From Octopus vulgaris (taxonomy: Eukaryota), in assembly GCA_951406725.2 (NCBI GenBank), contig OX597827.1:79546001-79610000 (forward strand): a stretch of 64,000 nucleotides of DNA, read 5' to 3'. Shown here piece after piece: positions 12,010-25,463 of the stretch. Position 1 is the stretch's first letter. The number at the start of each line of letters is the position of its first letter. The translations under genes were made by a program, and so were the position numbers. Below the pieces are notes generated by a model. The model had not been told where the DNA came from and searched no databases. It saw only the letters and a program-made list of their open reading frames with translations.

Positions 12010-12150
12010 ACTTACCTACATTGTTTAATCCGTTGTGCTTCCTATAGAAGACATTATTGCATAGTGTTTCAGTGTAACTGCTGCTGTAGTAGTTTGACAA
12101 GGGCAGTATGTTGATGGTGTAGATTTGTGAGTCATACAGAGAGCCAACTA
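12010..12150 (-). promoter_or_regulatory. Putative promoter and non-coding first exon of gene A
   Basis: Conserved module: TGACTCA (12128-12134), CAGCAGCAGTTACAC, donor GTAAGT at 12015. Confidence 0.65.
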
Positions 12151-13409
12151 TACTCTAAAGACATTTTTTAATCTGAGCATATAGGATTCACTTAAATTAT
12201 TTTACACAATGATTAAAATATTTGAATAATGAATTTTGATAAAGTATTTTCAGTTTATTTCAAACTGCATTAATATGTATACACACACACACACACACAC
12301 ACTTACGCATGTAAGTATATGTCAAAAGGCATACAATAGATATGGATCAGCTTAGAGTTCAGCAGTCTGAATTCCTAAAATCCAACATCCTAACTGTGTT
12401 GCTACATATTCCACTGTTAGAAGGAATGGATAGCAACACAATTATAACTTGAATTGATATATTCCATACTTATTTGTTAACATCAGTTTAGTACATATGC
12501 ATAATGACTATCACTACATCTGTTTGTTACTGAATCCTTGATACGGGTGTAAAAGACTACATTGAGTTATTTTCTTTCTTCTCAGTTGTAATTTTGCTTA
12601 TGAAATCTCTGGAAAGCTACTCATTTATAGAGGAGTACAATTAACTAACTTCTTGTGTTTTACTTAATTATATTTTATATGCATATTTCTGTAAACTATT
12701 TATAAATTTTTTGATGCAATAAATCTCTCATTTTATCTGTGTGTTTGTATGCACACACACACACACACATGCACATAACTAATGAATTATCTCTTGTATG
12801 CAGATGCTTATAACACTGATGTACATATTTATGCACTGTGTACTGCAGTATGTAAAATATTAATTTCTAAGTCCAGTAACAATTTCATTATACATACTAC
12901 AGTGGATTAGTCCTCTATGAAATACCTATCTAGATTACATGAAAAATAACATTGCTGAAAACTATAATTTTAATAATTTTAAAATATTGATCTGAATGTT
13001 CAAAATAGTAGAGTTAGTGCCAGAAATGGTAAATTGTCAAAGTGTATGTTTTCAAGTAGTTTTGTTTCTATATTTTTTAATTGCACAGTATATTGCTAAA
13101 ATATCTGTTATTAATAAACAACTAATGAGGATTTAATATGTTATAAAGTTATCTTTGAAGATTTTGACCAAGTGCATGATCAAAGTTTATCAATTATGTG
13201 TCAACATTTCTAATTTACATATTTACATATTTACATATTTTTTATATATAAACTTGGATTAATTAGTTCTTGCTATGTATCTGCTGGTTAGATCAATTTT
13301 ATTTTAGAAGAGTCTCTTAATTATATTCCATTTCTGGAGTCAAATTGCGAGAGAAATTTAGTTATCCCTAGTACTAAGAATTTGAGTCATGTTAGTCCTG
13401 TGATTATTA

Positions 13410-13498
13410 TTATTTCTTATATATTGGTTCAAGATAAGTGTCTTGTTCTTGTCCACTCTTTGGCATTGGAGGTATGTTTGGTGTATAATTACTATATT
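13410..13498 (-). CDS. Pcdh: Gene B terminal coding exon (EYSNYTPNIPPMPKSGQEQDTYLEPIYKK*)
   Basis: ttttag acceptor, phase 1, 89 nt ending in TAA; conserved in five copies. Confidence 0.9.
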
Positions 13499-13833
13499 CT
13501 AAAAGAGAGAAAAATACAAAATAGTATAACTAATATCTGAGAATAGAATTTTGTGTCAATGAGAAGAAAAAAAATGAAAGAAAAATGTAATCAAATACTT
13601 GGTTCTAAAATAGTCCTGTATTGATATTAAATTAGCTTATCTATTTTCAAAATTTTGTATCTTGGATCTGCTCATGTTACAGCAATTTCTTTCATTTAGT
13701 TTACTTTTCAAGTACTTCCTATAAACTTTGTATATTGCAATAAAAATTATTCAATGTTATGAATATGATACAACTGCACACATGCACATAGACAAAGTCA
13801 GTATCCAATGTTTGTTGATATTTGACAAGTTAC

Positions 13834-13981
13834 CTGCTGGTTGATGCTTAATATCCCCTTCATTCCAAGCACAGTTGTGATCTCTTTGAGATGGCAATGT
13901 ATCACTTAGGTTGTTTGATGTCAAAGTGCTACTGTTGTCACCTTGCTCATAAGACCCGTCTGCAACCTGTTTATTGTAGAT
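13834..13981 (-). CDS. Pcdh: Gene B cytoplasmic exon 1 (IYNKQVADGSYEQGDNSSTLTSNNLSDTLPSQRDHNCAWNEGDIKHQPA)
   Basis: cag|ATC...G|gtaact; 148 nt, phase 0/1, open frame; a homologous exon follows each paralog. Confidence 0.9.
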
Positions 13982-13989
13982 CTGTCAAT

Positions 13990-16900
13990 GAAAGAACAAG
14001 GACCCAGTCATATATTTAAGATATTAGATTACACAGTATTACATTTTCATTAAGTACATTTTAAATTATATTAAAGAACCAATTGAAGAAATATTGCTCA
14101 AACAAGTAGGAAATTTTAATAGATAATACATAGAAATACATAATTTTGCCTATTTAAATTTTGATAATGAATAAATTTAGATAATTAAGGTAACTGAACT
14201 CTCTGATTTTTTTAATTGAAGAGCTGACCAACTAGATAAGTTTTGTGCGGGACGCATTGTCATGAATTCTAAAAAGTAATTCTGAAATAAACACATATTT
14301 ATGAAGGGTGGCATTCTTCAGAATATGGTAATAACCTGCATTGTATTGAATTTATAAACTGCTATGATGAAAGTTATATTTCAGTGATTTTGTACTGTAT
14401 TTCAAGGTTGATTAAATTTGATAAGAAAAATGACTTGTTAAAATTTATAGACCCAGTGATTCAGATGTAACACGTTAATGTTTAATTGAAGATAGCACCA
14501 TGCAATACGATGTGTCCTGGTATATAATATGAGCTGAAGTCTAGAAATTTGATATGGACATAAAGTATTTTAATTGAACATTCTGATTTAATGAGGTTTC
14601 TAGACCTTTACCTTTTGACCTACAGATTTAAAAAATAATTTTTTGTAACTAAACACTTTCAAACTTCGTATACTGGTAGAATGTGTCATATAAAACAACT
14701 TTTACTCTTAGCTTTTTTGAGAAAAGTTTATGTTTACAAAGTTATTTTGTGTTGAATTTCTCGTATTTCAGTAATTTCAACCAATCAATGACATGTATTC
14801 AGCTGAATAAAATTACTGCCATTGTTTGATAGTGGTGGAGATATTGGTTGAATTGATCTTGGTATTGGTAGTGATGATAATGGTGGATATTGTTAACTGT
14901 AGCAGTGGTCATATTTTTCTTGTTAATTGTTTTGTTGTTGCTTTTTACTCTCAAGTCAATTATCATTGACAAAAGATAAAAGACATTGCATTCAGCTTTT
15001 AAAATATACTACAGCACCACATTATTTCATGTGATTGTCTTTTATTTTAGAAAGGTGTTGCTCTCCATCAGAAATGAGAAAGGGAAAAGTCCAAAGAAAG
15101 GAGAAGAAGAAATCACTGATGGACCATGTGTAGTTACAAACACACACACACACACACATTCATATATATCTGTATGCAGATAGATATAGATAGTCATTGA
15201 AGCCCAAGAAAATGTATTCCCATCCCCAAGACTAATCACAGTGAAAACTTCCACCTTACACTCTGTGTTTATAGTGACACCTACACATGCCTACACATGT
15301 ATGTACTGTGATTAAAGATTTTGAAATTGATAACTATCCTTTGATCTTAGCTAAAATACCAATAAGTTACCTTTTGTTAAAAAGAAAGTTTAATTTCTAA
15401 ATTCTCAAAATTTATCTGAGTTTCTGTAAGAGCAAAATACTTGACTGTATCCTGGTCATACTTTATATTTTCATAAATATGAATTATTATTTTATATATG
15501 AAAAGAACTTAAGGCAAATGATTTTAATATAATCTGTTATTATGTTCATTAGGGGAAAATGGTTTGTGAAAGAGCAATGTATAAATTAGGATGAGAATTG
15601 GTTAACAGAGAAAGACCAGTTATAGAGATGACAGTCAGTTGATTAGACTTATGACCAAATGGCAGAAAGCAATTGAGGAACACATCTGAAATTAATAGGA
15701 GACAAGGCATATTACTTTTCAAACAAATTTAATGAAATTAATAAAAAAAAGTTGTTGAGGAGAAAATGGTGGTTTCCAAAATAAAAATGGTAAAATATTT
15801 TGCATGATAAAAACAATACAAAAGATTGTCTGTTGATAAGCACTGGAAAAATTGTAGTGCTTTCTAGGAAAGGTGGGTTGTGGTAAGGAATAATCAACAG
15901 AGAAAGAAGTTTATCTGCCTCACTTTATCAACTAAAATATTTTACATATCTGGTGGGAGGACAGATTTCACTTATTAGTGTCGCTGGACATTGTAAATTA
16001 CATCTTGATTACTACAGCAACAAAATCCATGAGCACAGATGATGAATTCAGCGTACAAGTACAGGGCTGTATTCTCAGTTTCCTCTTATTCAACATAGTC
16101 ATCCAGGCCATAACGGAGAAATTTAAGCTGGTTGCCCATGGAAACAACTATATGCTGATGACCTCACTTTTATAGTAGAATCTGTAGTGAAATTGCAGAA
16201 AGCAAATAAGATTCTCCTTCTTTCAGGTAGATGGCCCTGTTCAGTATGTGGGAAAGGTGTTGGAAGAAATTCCATTCATTGCATCTAGTACAAGCTATAG
16301 ACACATAAGCAGTGCATTGGAATCACAGGTAGGTTAAGAGACAAAGTTGCCTCTGTATGTGGCAGATGTGCAGAAACAATAAGTATTAAGGACATACAGG
16401 AATTAGGCTCTCTCAAAAACTCAGGAGGCTCCCTTAAGATTGTAAATAGTCTCCATTATCTAGGAGATAAAATTAGCCATAATGGAAGATGTTCTGAATG
16501 TATTGTTCCTAGAGTTAGAATAAGATGGAGGAAGTTCAGAGAGCTATTACCCCTATATGCTCCATGGTAGGGAGAGGCAAATGTAGATGACTAGTGAGGA
16601 ATGAAGCTGATGTGCAACATCAGTGTGCATGTATGACAAAGTGCAAGAGTTGAATCAAATGTGGCATGCAAGAGAGAAGTTGAATCAAATGTAGCATGCA
16701 AGAGAGAGGACTATGATTTATTTACATTATTTACATTTAACATGTTTCAGATAACACAACGTTTCGGCTGCTATACCCTCCAGCCTTCATCAGGTGTCTT
16801 GGGGAAATTTCAAACCTGGGTTCTCATTCCTAAGGTATTTTTCAATGTTATTATTATTATTGTTATTATTCAGGCCTCTGCCTGCAATCGAACTTGGAAT

Positions 16901-19540
16901 CTTGGGGTTAGTAGCCTGCGCTCTTAACCACTACATCATATACCCGTGGGCAATTATGGAGTGAATTTTAGGGCTTATAAATCTAATATTTTTCTATCCT
17001 TCCTTAGTTCCGGATGAAGGCTGGAGGCGATATCAGCTGAAACATTATGTTAACAACAAACAAGATAAGGACAAATATCCATCATGCACAACAGAACACC
17101 TCTTTCCCCTTCGGTCATTCTCTTTCCTCTCATCACCTAGCACAAAGCCACCTACTTCAACACTCCATACCACTCAAGTGAGCTTTGCCTTGCAAGTTTC
17201 TTGGTGACCTTGATAGCACTGGTACCTCACAAAAAGTACGCAGTTTACTAAGGAAGGTGGTTGGTGTTAGGAAGGGTGTCCAGCTGTAAAAAGCAGGCCA
17301 AAGTAGACAGTGGAGCTTGGTATAGTGCTGTGACATAGCAGCTCCAGTCAAACCATCCAATCTATACTAGCAGTGAATCACTGTTTCATAATCTCTTGTG
17401 TCTATATGAATTAGAATTTGATGACCTATACAACATTGAAAAGTATAGATGAAAGAAGATAATAAAAAATATAACACTTGAAAAATAGATATATGGCATA
17501 GGTACCTGTGGAACTGGTGGACGTTTTCTGGGTGTTGTTGAGAATTTCCATTCATTGGTCAACTGGTCTATTTCTGGATAGTATGAACATTTAGGGTTTA
17601 TTGACTGAAGATTTCTGCTAAATATATCTTCCGCATTCCGAGTTATTGCAACAGGATTATTAGTCTGATACAGAATTTGTCTCATTTCAGTCCTCGATAG
17701 AAATTTTGGATTATCTTTTTCTCCAGATGAATTATTGAAGTGATTAATACATTTGAAAACACACAGTGTTATTGACACTACAACAGCCACAGATAGTATT
17801 ACAGCTGCTGCTACAATGATAATTATCCAAGTCATATTCAGGTTGTTATCAGACTGTGAGTGGATAGCAGTCAACATTGGAGATGTATCGTTACTAACAA
17901 ACAGTGTTAGTATGATAGCAGTTGTTGCTGATTGAACTGGAGTACCACCGTCTTTCACTATAAACTGCAGCTCATATGTTCCTGCATCATTTTGGTAAAC
18001 TGTGCGAGAGAAAGATAACACACCAGTGTGTGAATTCACTGTAAACAGGTTTTTATCATTGGATCTCAGTATTCCATATGTGAGGAAAGCATTGTTTCCA
18101 GTGTCTTTGTCAGATGCTTTCAGAATTGTGATGTCCTTCTTACTGTGTGGATGGTAGTGGACATCTAGATTGTAAGGGTCATTATTAGGAAAGATAAAAT
18201 ACGGAGCATTATCATTTTTATCTAGAATCTCTATAAGAATGTTGGCAGTGTTATTCAGAGAAGGTGTTCCATTGTCTTTGACTAATACCTGTAAATTATA
18301 GATGTCTTTCACTTCTCGATCTATTGGTTGTGATGTAGAAATAAATCCATATTTTGTCAGTTGGAAAGGAATGTTATCATTGTTGTTATCATTGATGATA
18401 GAATATGTAAGTTGGCCTCCATCTCCAAGATCAGGGTCTGTAGCATTGATGAAGCCAATAGGGAAGTCAACTTTTTGGTTTTCATAGGTGAGGAATTGGA
18501 ATGTCTCTTTGGTGAAATGTGGTTCTATATCATTGACATCAGTTACTTTGACAGAGAACTGTTTCTTAGTCTTTAATGGAGGTGATCCCATGTCATGACA
18601 TACAATAGAAACAACATAATGGTCTATAGTTTCTCTGTCAAGAGGTTCTTTCACCAATATTTTATATTCTTTAGAACCCATATTAGAAAGCTGGAACATT
18701 TTATGATGAATATTACATTTAATTTGTCCATTAGGTCCACTATCAGTGTCAGTTACCATAACATAAGCTATAAAACTACCAATTTGACTGTCTTCTGAAA
18801 TAGCAGTTGAAGTCTTTGTTAAAGGTGATACAAAATCTATATTTATAGATGGCACATTATTTTGATTGTTAATTACATTTATAATCAACGTTGACATGGA
18901 GCTTAATGAAGGATTTCCGCCATCCCTAGCTTCAACATATAATTTATATTTATTTCTTTTATTTCTGAAGAAATTATCATTGGTGAAAATTTCTCCAGAT
19001 TTATGATTTAATTTGAAATACTTTTTATCATATTCATTTGTATTTCTATGTAAAAAATAATTAATATTTCCATTTTGACCAGAATCTAAATCTGTTGCTG
19101 ATAAAACAAAAACAGGAGAAGATATATGATGTGTGTCACTGATGGTGGTATTATATGATTTTTGTGTAAATGTAGGTCTGTTATCATTGACATCAATAAC
19201 AGATATTTCAATGTCCAGAATACCTTCTTTTGGTGGAGAACCTCCATCTCTAGCAATCAACTGTAACATATATGTGTCTTTTAATTCTCTATCTAACATT
19301 CCTTCTAGAATTATTTTAAGTAAATTTATTCCATCAGATTCTTTAAATATGGAGAGTGAGAATGTTTTGCTTTTATCTTTGAGTTTATATACTATCTTAG
19401 AATTTGGAAGACCAATGTCTTTATCAACAGCATTTGGTATTGATTTTGTTGATCCTTTCCCTTCTGTTTCATAAAATTTGACTTTTAATTGGTTCGATGG
19501 AAACTCTGGTTGATGATCATTAATATCTTCTATAATTATT
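13990..19540 (+). repeat. Near-identical duplicated or converted segment, copy 2
   Basis: Matches 1..~6055; has ~295 bp extra at 16278-16570 and lacks ~2832-3605 of copy 1. Confidence 0.92.
16753..16798 (-). ncRNA. Minimal type I hammerhead ribozyme motif (duplicate)
   Basis: Identical to 2499-2544. Confidence 0.65.
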
Positions 19541-19905
19541 TTCACCTTCAAAATCTTCATAAATGTTTTTCCTTTCCTCACTGCTACTTTAACAATTCTG
19601 GAACATTCTTTGTTGTATGTACACAGAGACTCAGCATCCAGTGTTTGAGTAGTGTATAGTTTTCCTGAGTTGGTGACATTAAATAAGTGAGAACCACTCT
19701 CGACTGTCCTTTGTAGTTGTGTAAATGTAATGAGAGTGTGTTGTTGATGTGTGAGAGGGTGTGATACGTTGGAGTCAACAGCAATGTCTCCTATATAGGT
19801 GTGAGGACTGTCTTCTTCATTGATATGGTAAGTAATGTCTAAGGCTACACCAAAATACAGTAAGCCATAAAAAATGTGAAGCTGTAAAGTGTTGATTGAA
19901 ACCAT
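17506..19905 (-). CDS. Pcdh: Protocadherin gene B, large exon
   Basis: ORF 17386..19905, six EC repeats plus TM. Donor CAG|GTACCT at 17506/17505; acceptor AG at 19939-19940. Confidence 0.95.
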
Positions 19906-20989
19906 TGTTGTTATTCATTATCTTTCATAAATATTTATCTAAATTTAAAAAGAAAAGAGAGCTTGTTAATTGAATCATACAATCTAATATAGAAATGTTA
20001 ACTATATGAAAATTATAGATAGTTTAAACTGAGAGATGAAAAATATGAGAAACTTACTAATCCATAATGTTTAGTAACTTCTGTAATATAATTGATGAAA
20101 ATTAGTTGTTAAGTTATTAACTCAGGTGAAATTAAAGTAATGTCAGCCATTGTCGGAATTGATCTGGAATTGAACTGAGAGACTAAACCAAATTCCATAA
20201 AATGTTTTGTCAACACTTTATACATTACTTAATTTTTAAAACTAATTGTATAAATGGATATAGAAAGTGTGCAATGAGGACCTGGTGTTGTGTACCATAT
20301 AGTAAATGAATCAACAATTTGAATTGATTCTTATATAAAGCTCACTTGAGCTTTTCCTTTTTATATCATCCTATATCTGTAGTCAGATTAGATTTTAAAA
20401 AATATCTGTCATTGTCTCAGATTATTCATCAAAAGGTTTAATTTAAAAGTTTTTATATCAACCAAATTACAGAGCTGATTTTTAAAAAGTACTAATTTAT
20501 GTCTTCGCCCTATTCTTGGATACTCTTTCAACTTAGCTTTACACCATTTCAAAGTAAACATAATTATTGACACTTACAATTCTTGTTGGACGATATAGTG
20601 TTGCAAAATAAATTCAGTAGTTAATCCCTTGGTCTCCAAGATATATTTATGAAGCTTTTCAAATTTGTGGCAGCCAATATATTTTCTATGATAACTATTA
20701 AAAACAATAGAGTTATTCCCCCTTCTAATATTTTGAATATTTCCTTCTTTTTCTTAGGTTAATAAAAGTTTGAAGAAGGTCCCATGTTAGCTGAGATACA
20801 AAAAAATATGTGAAAATGTGCTTCCTAGGTCTGTAAACAACATTCAGTGGCCTCGAAATGAATTCAACAAAGGCTAAAGATTTACCAAGCATATAGAAAA
20901 GTAGCCAGTGCAATGTTCACACACATACACACTCGCACAAAAGGGCGCACTTACTCAGTATAGCAGATTGTAAATTTGTATGCTGTACT

Positions 20990-21700
20990 CAGTGTAAACT
21001 ATGGATGCACAAAAGATGTAATGGGATCACAGGGAACGTAGGCTTTGTTTGTGGTGGAGGCACATAAATAATTAGTGGTAATAATACACACAAAAACCAA
21101 CTCTTTCAAATACATGGGAGGCTTACTAAAAGTAGTTAATAGTTTTCATTACCAAGATGACCTAATTTGTAGTAGAGGTGAGTGTATACAAGGCATAGTA
21201 GAGTCTGAAGAAGAACATGATGGAAAAAACTTAGGGAGCTGTTATCTCTGCTGGCAACAAACGAGTTCTTGTAGAGTGAAGGGCAGATTGTATTATGCTG
21301 GTATATGAATTGCAGTACTGCATGGTAGTGAACATAAGGGTTCTGACATAAAACGATTTATGAAGACTAGAAATAAATACAGTATGCACTACTACTTGTG
21401 TTATGTGAATGAGCATGAATTGTGGAACAAAATAAAGTGGCCTTCACTACTACTTGTGTAACGTGAATGAGCATGAATTTTGGAACACAAATGATTTGAG
21501 AGAAAAACTGGTTATAATAAAAATCAGATTTAAGGAGCAAGAGAGAAGCTTGTGCTGGTACAGACTTGTGGTGCTTATAGAGACTAACAGCCCTGTAAAG
21601 AAGTGCTGAGTGCTCTATGTAGATGGAACCTGTGGAAGAAAGAGGTTTTATAAAGTGATGGATGCTGAACTTCAAAAAGGAGGTGACAAAGTACCACAAG
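20990..21700 (+). mobile_element. Highly degenerate RTE-like LINE fragment
   Basis: LKVVNSFHYQDDLI resembles the post-RT segment of the RTE piece at 16430-16550; internal ~60 bp tandem duplication at 21388-21490. Confidence 0.5.
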
Positions 21701-22344
21701 GATTAATAGTGTTGTAGTGCTAGAGGACACTTTCTGTCTCATCCATATAAATATGTTAAACCTCCATCATCTGCCCCCTTGCTTCTTTGACATATTTTGT
21801 CTCTATCCTCCACATTCTCCATATTCATGCTTGTCCACACTATTGCCTTTGACATCCTCTTGCCTTTGTTCCATTCACTTTCTGCCTGCTTTGGCCTCTG
21901 CCACCTATTTGACATCCTCTCATCTATCTCATTCTTCTCCTTTCCACACACCCTCTCACACACTCTTTGTCTCTTATCCAGTGTGCCATGCTATCAATAT
22001 AACATGAGATAGCAAGGGATCTTTTAATATTCAAACTATTCTAATATCATCCTTTTCACTCTACCCCTGTTTCTCTCCCATCACAGTGCCTATATAATGA
22101 GGGATTGCATTAGATCCCTTTACAATGGATACACTGCACCTCTTCTGTGCTGCTAACCATTACTCCTTCTTCTCCTAAGTCACTCCTAACTGACACTCAA
22201 CACTCCTTACATAAGCTGTCTCTACACCTTACTACCAGTTTTTCTCTCTCACCACTAAATACGTAACTGCTATCACCCATTATCCTCTATTATTACTGTC
22301 TACATTATTGTCCCCACTTACCAGACTATCTCTCTCATTAATTC

Positions 22345-22822
22345 CTATAAGGGTCTATAGGAGTTGCATGAGAACTGCAATGCTGTATGGGAGTGTGACA
22401 TCATGTCTGAGGGAGAGAGACATGACAATTTTGAGACGGACTGAGAGAGTAAGGGTGAGAGGAATGTATGGTGTGAAGCTGTTTGATAAGAAGAGGACTT
22501 GATGGGGATGTTGGGGTTGGAGGAATCAGTGGAATGGCTGGTAAGGGCGAAAGGAGTGCAGTGGTATGGGCATATGTTGAGGCAGGATGAGGAGCATGTG
22601 CTGAGGAGGATGCTTGAGTTTGAGGTAAATGGACCACGAAAGTGAGGTAGACTAAGGAAAACATGGAGGGGATGGTTGGATTGAGAAGGGAGGACACCCA
22701 AAACTGGGCAAGATGGCGAAATGGTGTGAGGGCAGTTGCTATGGCATTAAGGTAGATCCAGCCACTTCTGTTAACGGGGACAAAACCCAGATTTAAAACA
22801 CTGGATGATAATGATAATGATG
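22345..22822 (+). mobile_element. 3' end of an RTE-clade LINE
   Basis: RVYRSCMRTAMLYGS..LRRTER..RGMYGVKL, WYGHMLR, and a (GAT/AAT)n tail. Confidence 0.75.
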
Positions 22823-23765
22823 TATCTTGGTTTGGTAGAATTTTTATAAATATCCAAAATACAGTCTAAATATTTGACAATATGTAGATTTCTGCTTCCA
22901 AATAAAATTCACCCGAGATTAAGTGGTAGTAGTGGTACAATAATATAATAATATTTATTAATGTTCTTTTGGAATGTATAACTAATATAACCAAACGATT
23001 ATTACATATATGTATGTATGTGTATGCGTATACATGTTATACATGTATACATACTCACAATTCACAATTACTTCATAAGAGTGTGAATAAAATAATAAGA
23101 AATGCCTGTTACAGATGATGGTTTCATTTAACCAAAGTTGAAAAACTAGAAAACTTAAATTTGCATATGACCAAAATGAAAAGAACTAAAAATATAATAT
23201 AATAAATATAAATATATTATAAATATCAAGGAAATATAAAAATTTTAAATTTATTATAGGTATATTTATGGTAAATATAGTGAGGGTATTTTAATAATAT
23301 ATTGGCAGTGATATACAGTATTTCATTATTTATATATCCCAAAATTTGAATAATATACTAGAAAATCTTATATGATCTAATATATAGATATCTAGTACTC
23401 CATTTCAGTGGAAAGAAATAAGATGTTGCAAGCATCCATTCAATATTCTCAATTATAACAATATTATATCATTAAATCATATTAAGAAATGTGTCAGTAT
23501 ATATGAAAATATTTAATTAAACACAATTGGCTGACAGAGATGAGTATTAACATAATAGTTGTCGATAAAATATCTATCTTCTCATAGAAACGATACTACT
23601 GCTGTAGTAATTACTTTTAGTAATGGCTAGACCTATCTATGGCACTCTGTGGTGTAGTTTATATATATTACCATGAAACACACTATTATTTATTTTCAAT
23701 TTATCACATTATATCACAATATTCAAATATGTATTACTAAAATATTTAATGTAAATTGCAAAATG

Positions 23766-23910
23766 ACTTACTGTTATTGAGAAATCCTTTGTTTGGGCCT
23801 CTTATAGAAGACATTATTGTGTAGTGTTCCAGTGTAACTGCTGCTGTAGTAGTGTGACAATTGCAGTATCCTGATGGTGTAGGTTTGTGAGTCAAATAGG
23901 GAGCCAACTA
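23766..23910 (-). promoter_or_regulatory. Putative promoter and non-coding first exon of gene B
   Basis: TGACTCA at 23888-23894, same core, donor GTAAGT at 23771. Confidence 0.65.
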
Positions 23911-24798
23911 CTCTTTAAAGAATCTATGTTTGGTGCATAATGAATTTGTTTAAATTATTTTAAACAATGGCTGAAATATTTTATAATTAATTTTACAATA
24001 GCTCTAATTTATTTTAAAGTACATGAATATGTACGTATGCACACACACGCGCACACAAACACGCATGTGCACACACACACACACACACAAGTATTACATT
24101 CTACTTGAACATGTATGCTTATGACACCCTAATTTATATGCTCATGTTTACACATTGTGTATTGCAATAAGTAAAATACCAATTTCTCATTTCAATGGTA
24201 ATTTAATGGTACATATTGTAGTGGATTGAACTGGAGAATAATTATTGTAATTACATAAAAATTATAGACATTTTGCAATTTTATTTTGACCATTCTATTG
24301 TTTATTCATTAACCTGTGATAGTATATTATTAGTGACTAGTATAAGTGGTTGTAAAAATTGTAGAATTTTGGAGTAAATGTTTTCTTGTACTTTTGTTTT
24401 TATATTTATATATTTTCTGACAACATTTCTTTTTTTGCAGGGTAAACACAAACTGTACTTTTAATATACTAGAGGAAATTCCAAATATTTTACCCCATCT
24501 TTTGAATATTTTGGCTTAGTATATGTCCAAATTAAATTATGATATTTATGAATTTGAATGAACTAATTTGTTTATTCTTGAGTTACAGTTTGAAGGAAAA
24601 TATTTACAAATACATATTATTAATGTATAAATTTAGCTATATTAGTTGAAATTACATTATTCTGTATTTTCAAATTAATTTTACTTTATTTTAAAGCAGA
24701 AGCTATGTTTTGATTCTGTTGCCTTATTAATATTAAATGCAAGGAAACTTTAATAATCTCCAAAGCAAAGAATTAGAATTGTGTTTATTTTGAGTTTA

Positions 24799-24887
24799 CT
24801 ATTTCTTATATATTGGTTCTAGATATGTGTCTTGCTCATGTTCATCTTTTAGTATTGGAGGTATGTTTGGTGTGTAGTTACTGTATT
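24799..24887 (-). CDS. Pcdh: Gene C terminal coding exon (EYSNYTPNIPPILKDEHEQDTYLEPIYKK*)
   Basis: tttcag acceptor, 89 nt ending in TAG, homologous to paralogs. Confidence 0.9.
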
Positions 24888-25315
24888 CTGAAAGATAAAA
24901 AAAATATTTATTTAATAAGAGTTGAAAGGGACAGCTACCCTATATTATGCCAATGCTTTTATTAAATTAATCCAACATTATTATATTAGTTTTATATTAT
25001 ATTATGTAAGATTTAGCTGCTTACATTAAAACACATTCTTTTAAATAGTTTACTCTTTGAGTATCTTATATAAACCTATAAACCTTTTTACATTACAATA
25101 AAGGGATTTGAGGTTATAAAATATGATTCAATTGTTGCTGTGAGCTTATATGAAATCAGTGTTTATTGTTGCAGGTAATCATTGAAAGATATCCATTCAT
25201 TTATACTCTTTAAATCTTTTATATGACATTAAAAAAACAGTGTTATAAATATGATACATGTGTATCCATGCATTTATGGGAAGTAGGTGTCAGCATTTGT
25301 TATTTGACAAGTTAC

Positions 25316-25463
25316 CTGATATATGATTTTTAATATCTCCTTCACTCCATCCACGGCAGCGATCTCTTTGAGACGGTAATGTATCACTTAGGTTGTTTGA
25401 TGTCACAATGCTGCCATTGTCACCTTGCTCACAAGACTCATCTGAAATCTGTTTATTGTAGAT
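25316..25463 (-). CDS. Pcdh: Gene C cytoplasmic exon 1 (IYNKQISDESCEQGDNGSIVTSNNLSDTLPSQRDRCRGWSEGDIKNHIS)
   Basis: 148 nt inside ORF-track entry 25290..25481; CAGCAG acceptor, G|gtaact donor. Confidence 0.9.

Noticed and set aside
11876-12150. Conserved module read as an additional coding or shared constant exon
   Set aside because: The preceding exon already contains the stop, no acceptor is conserved, and length differences between copies break the frame.
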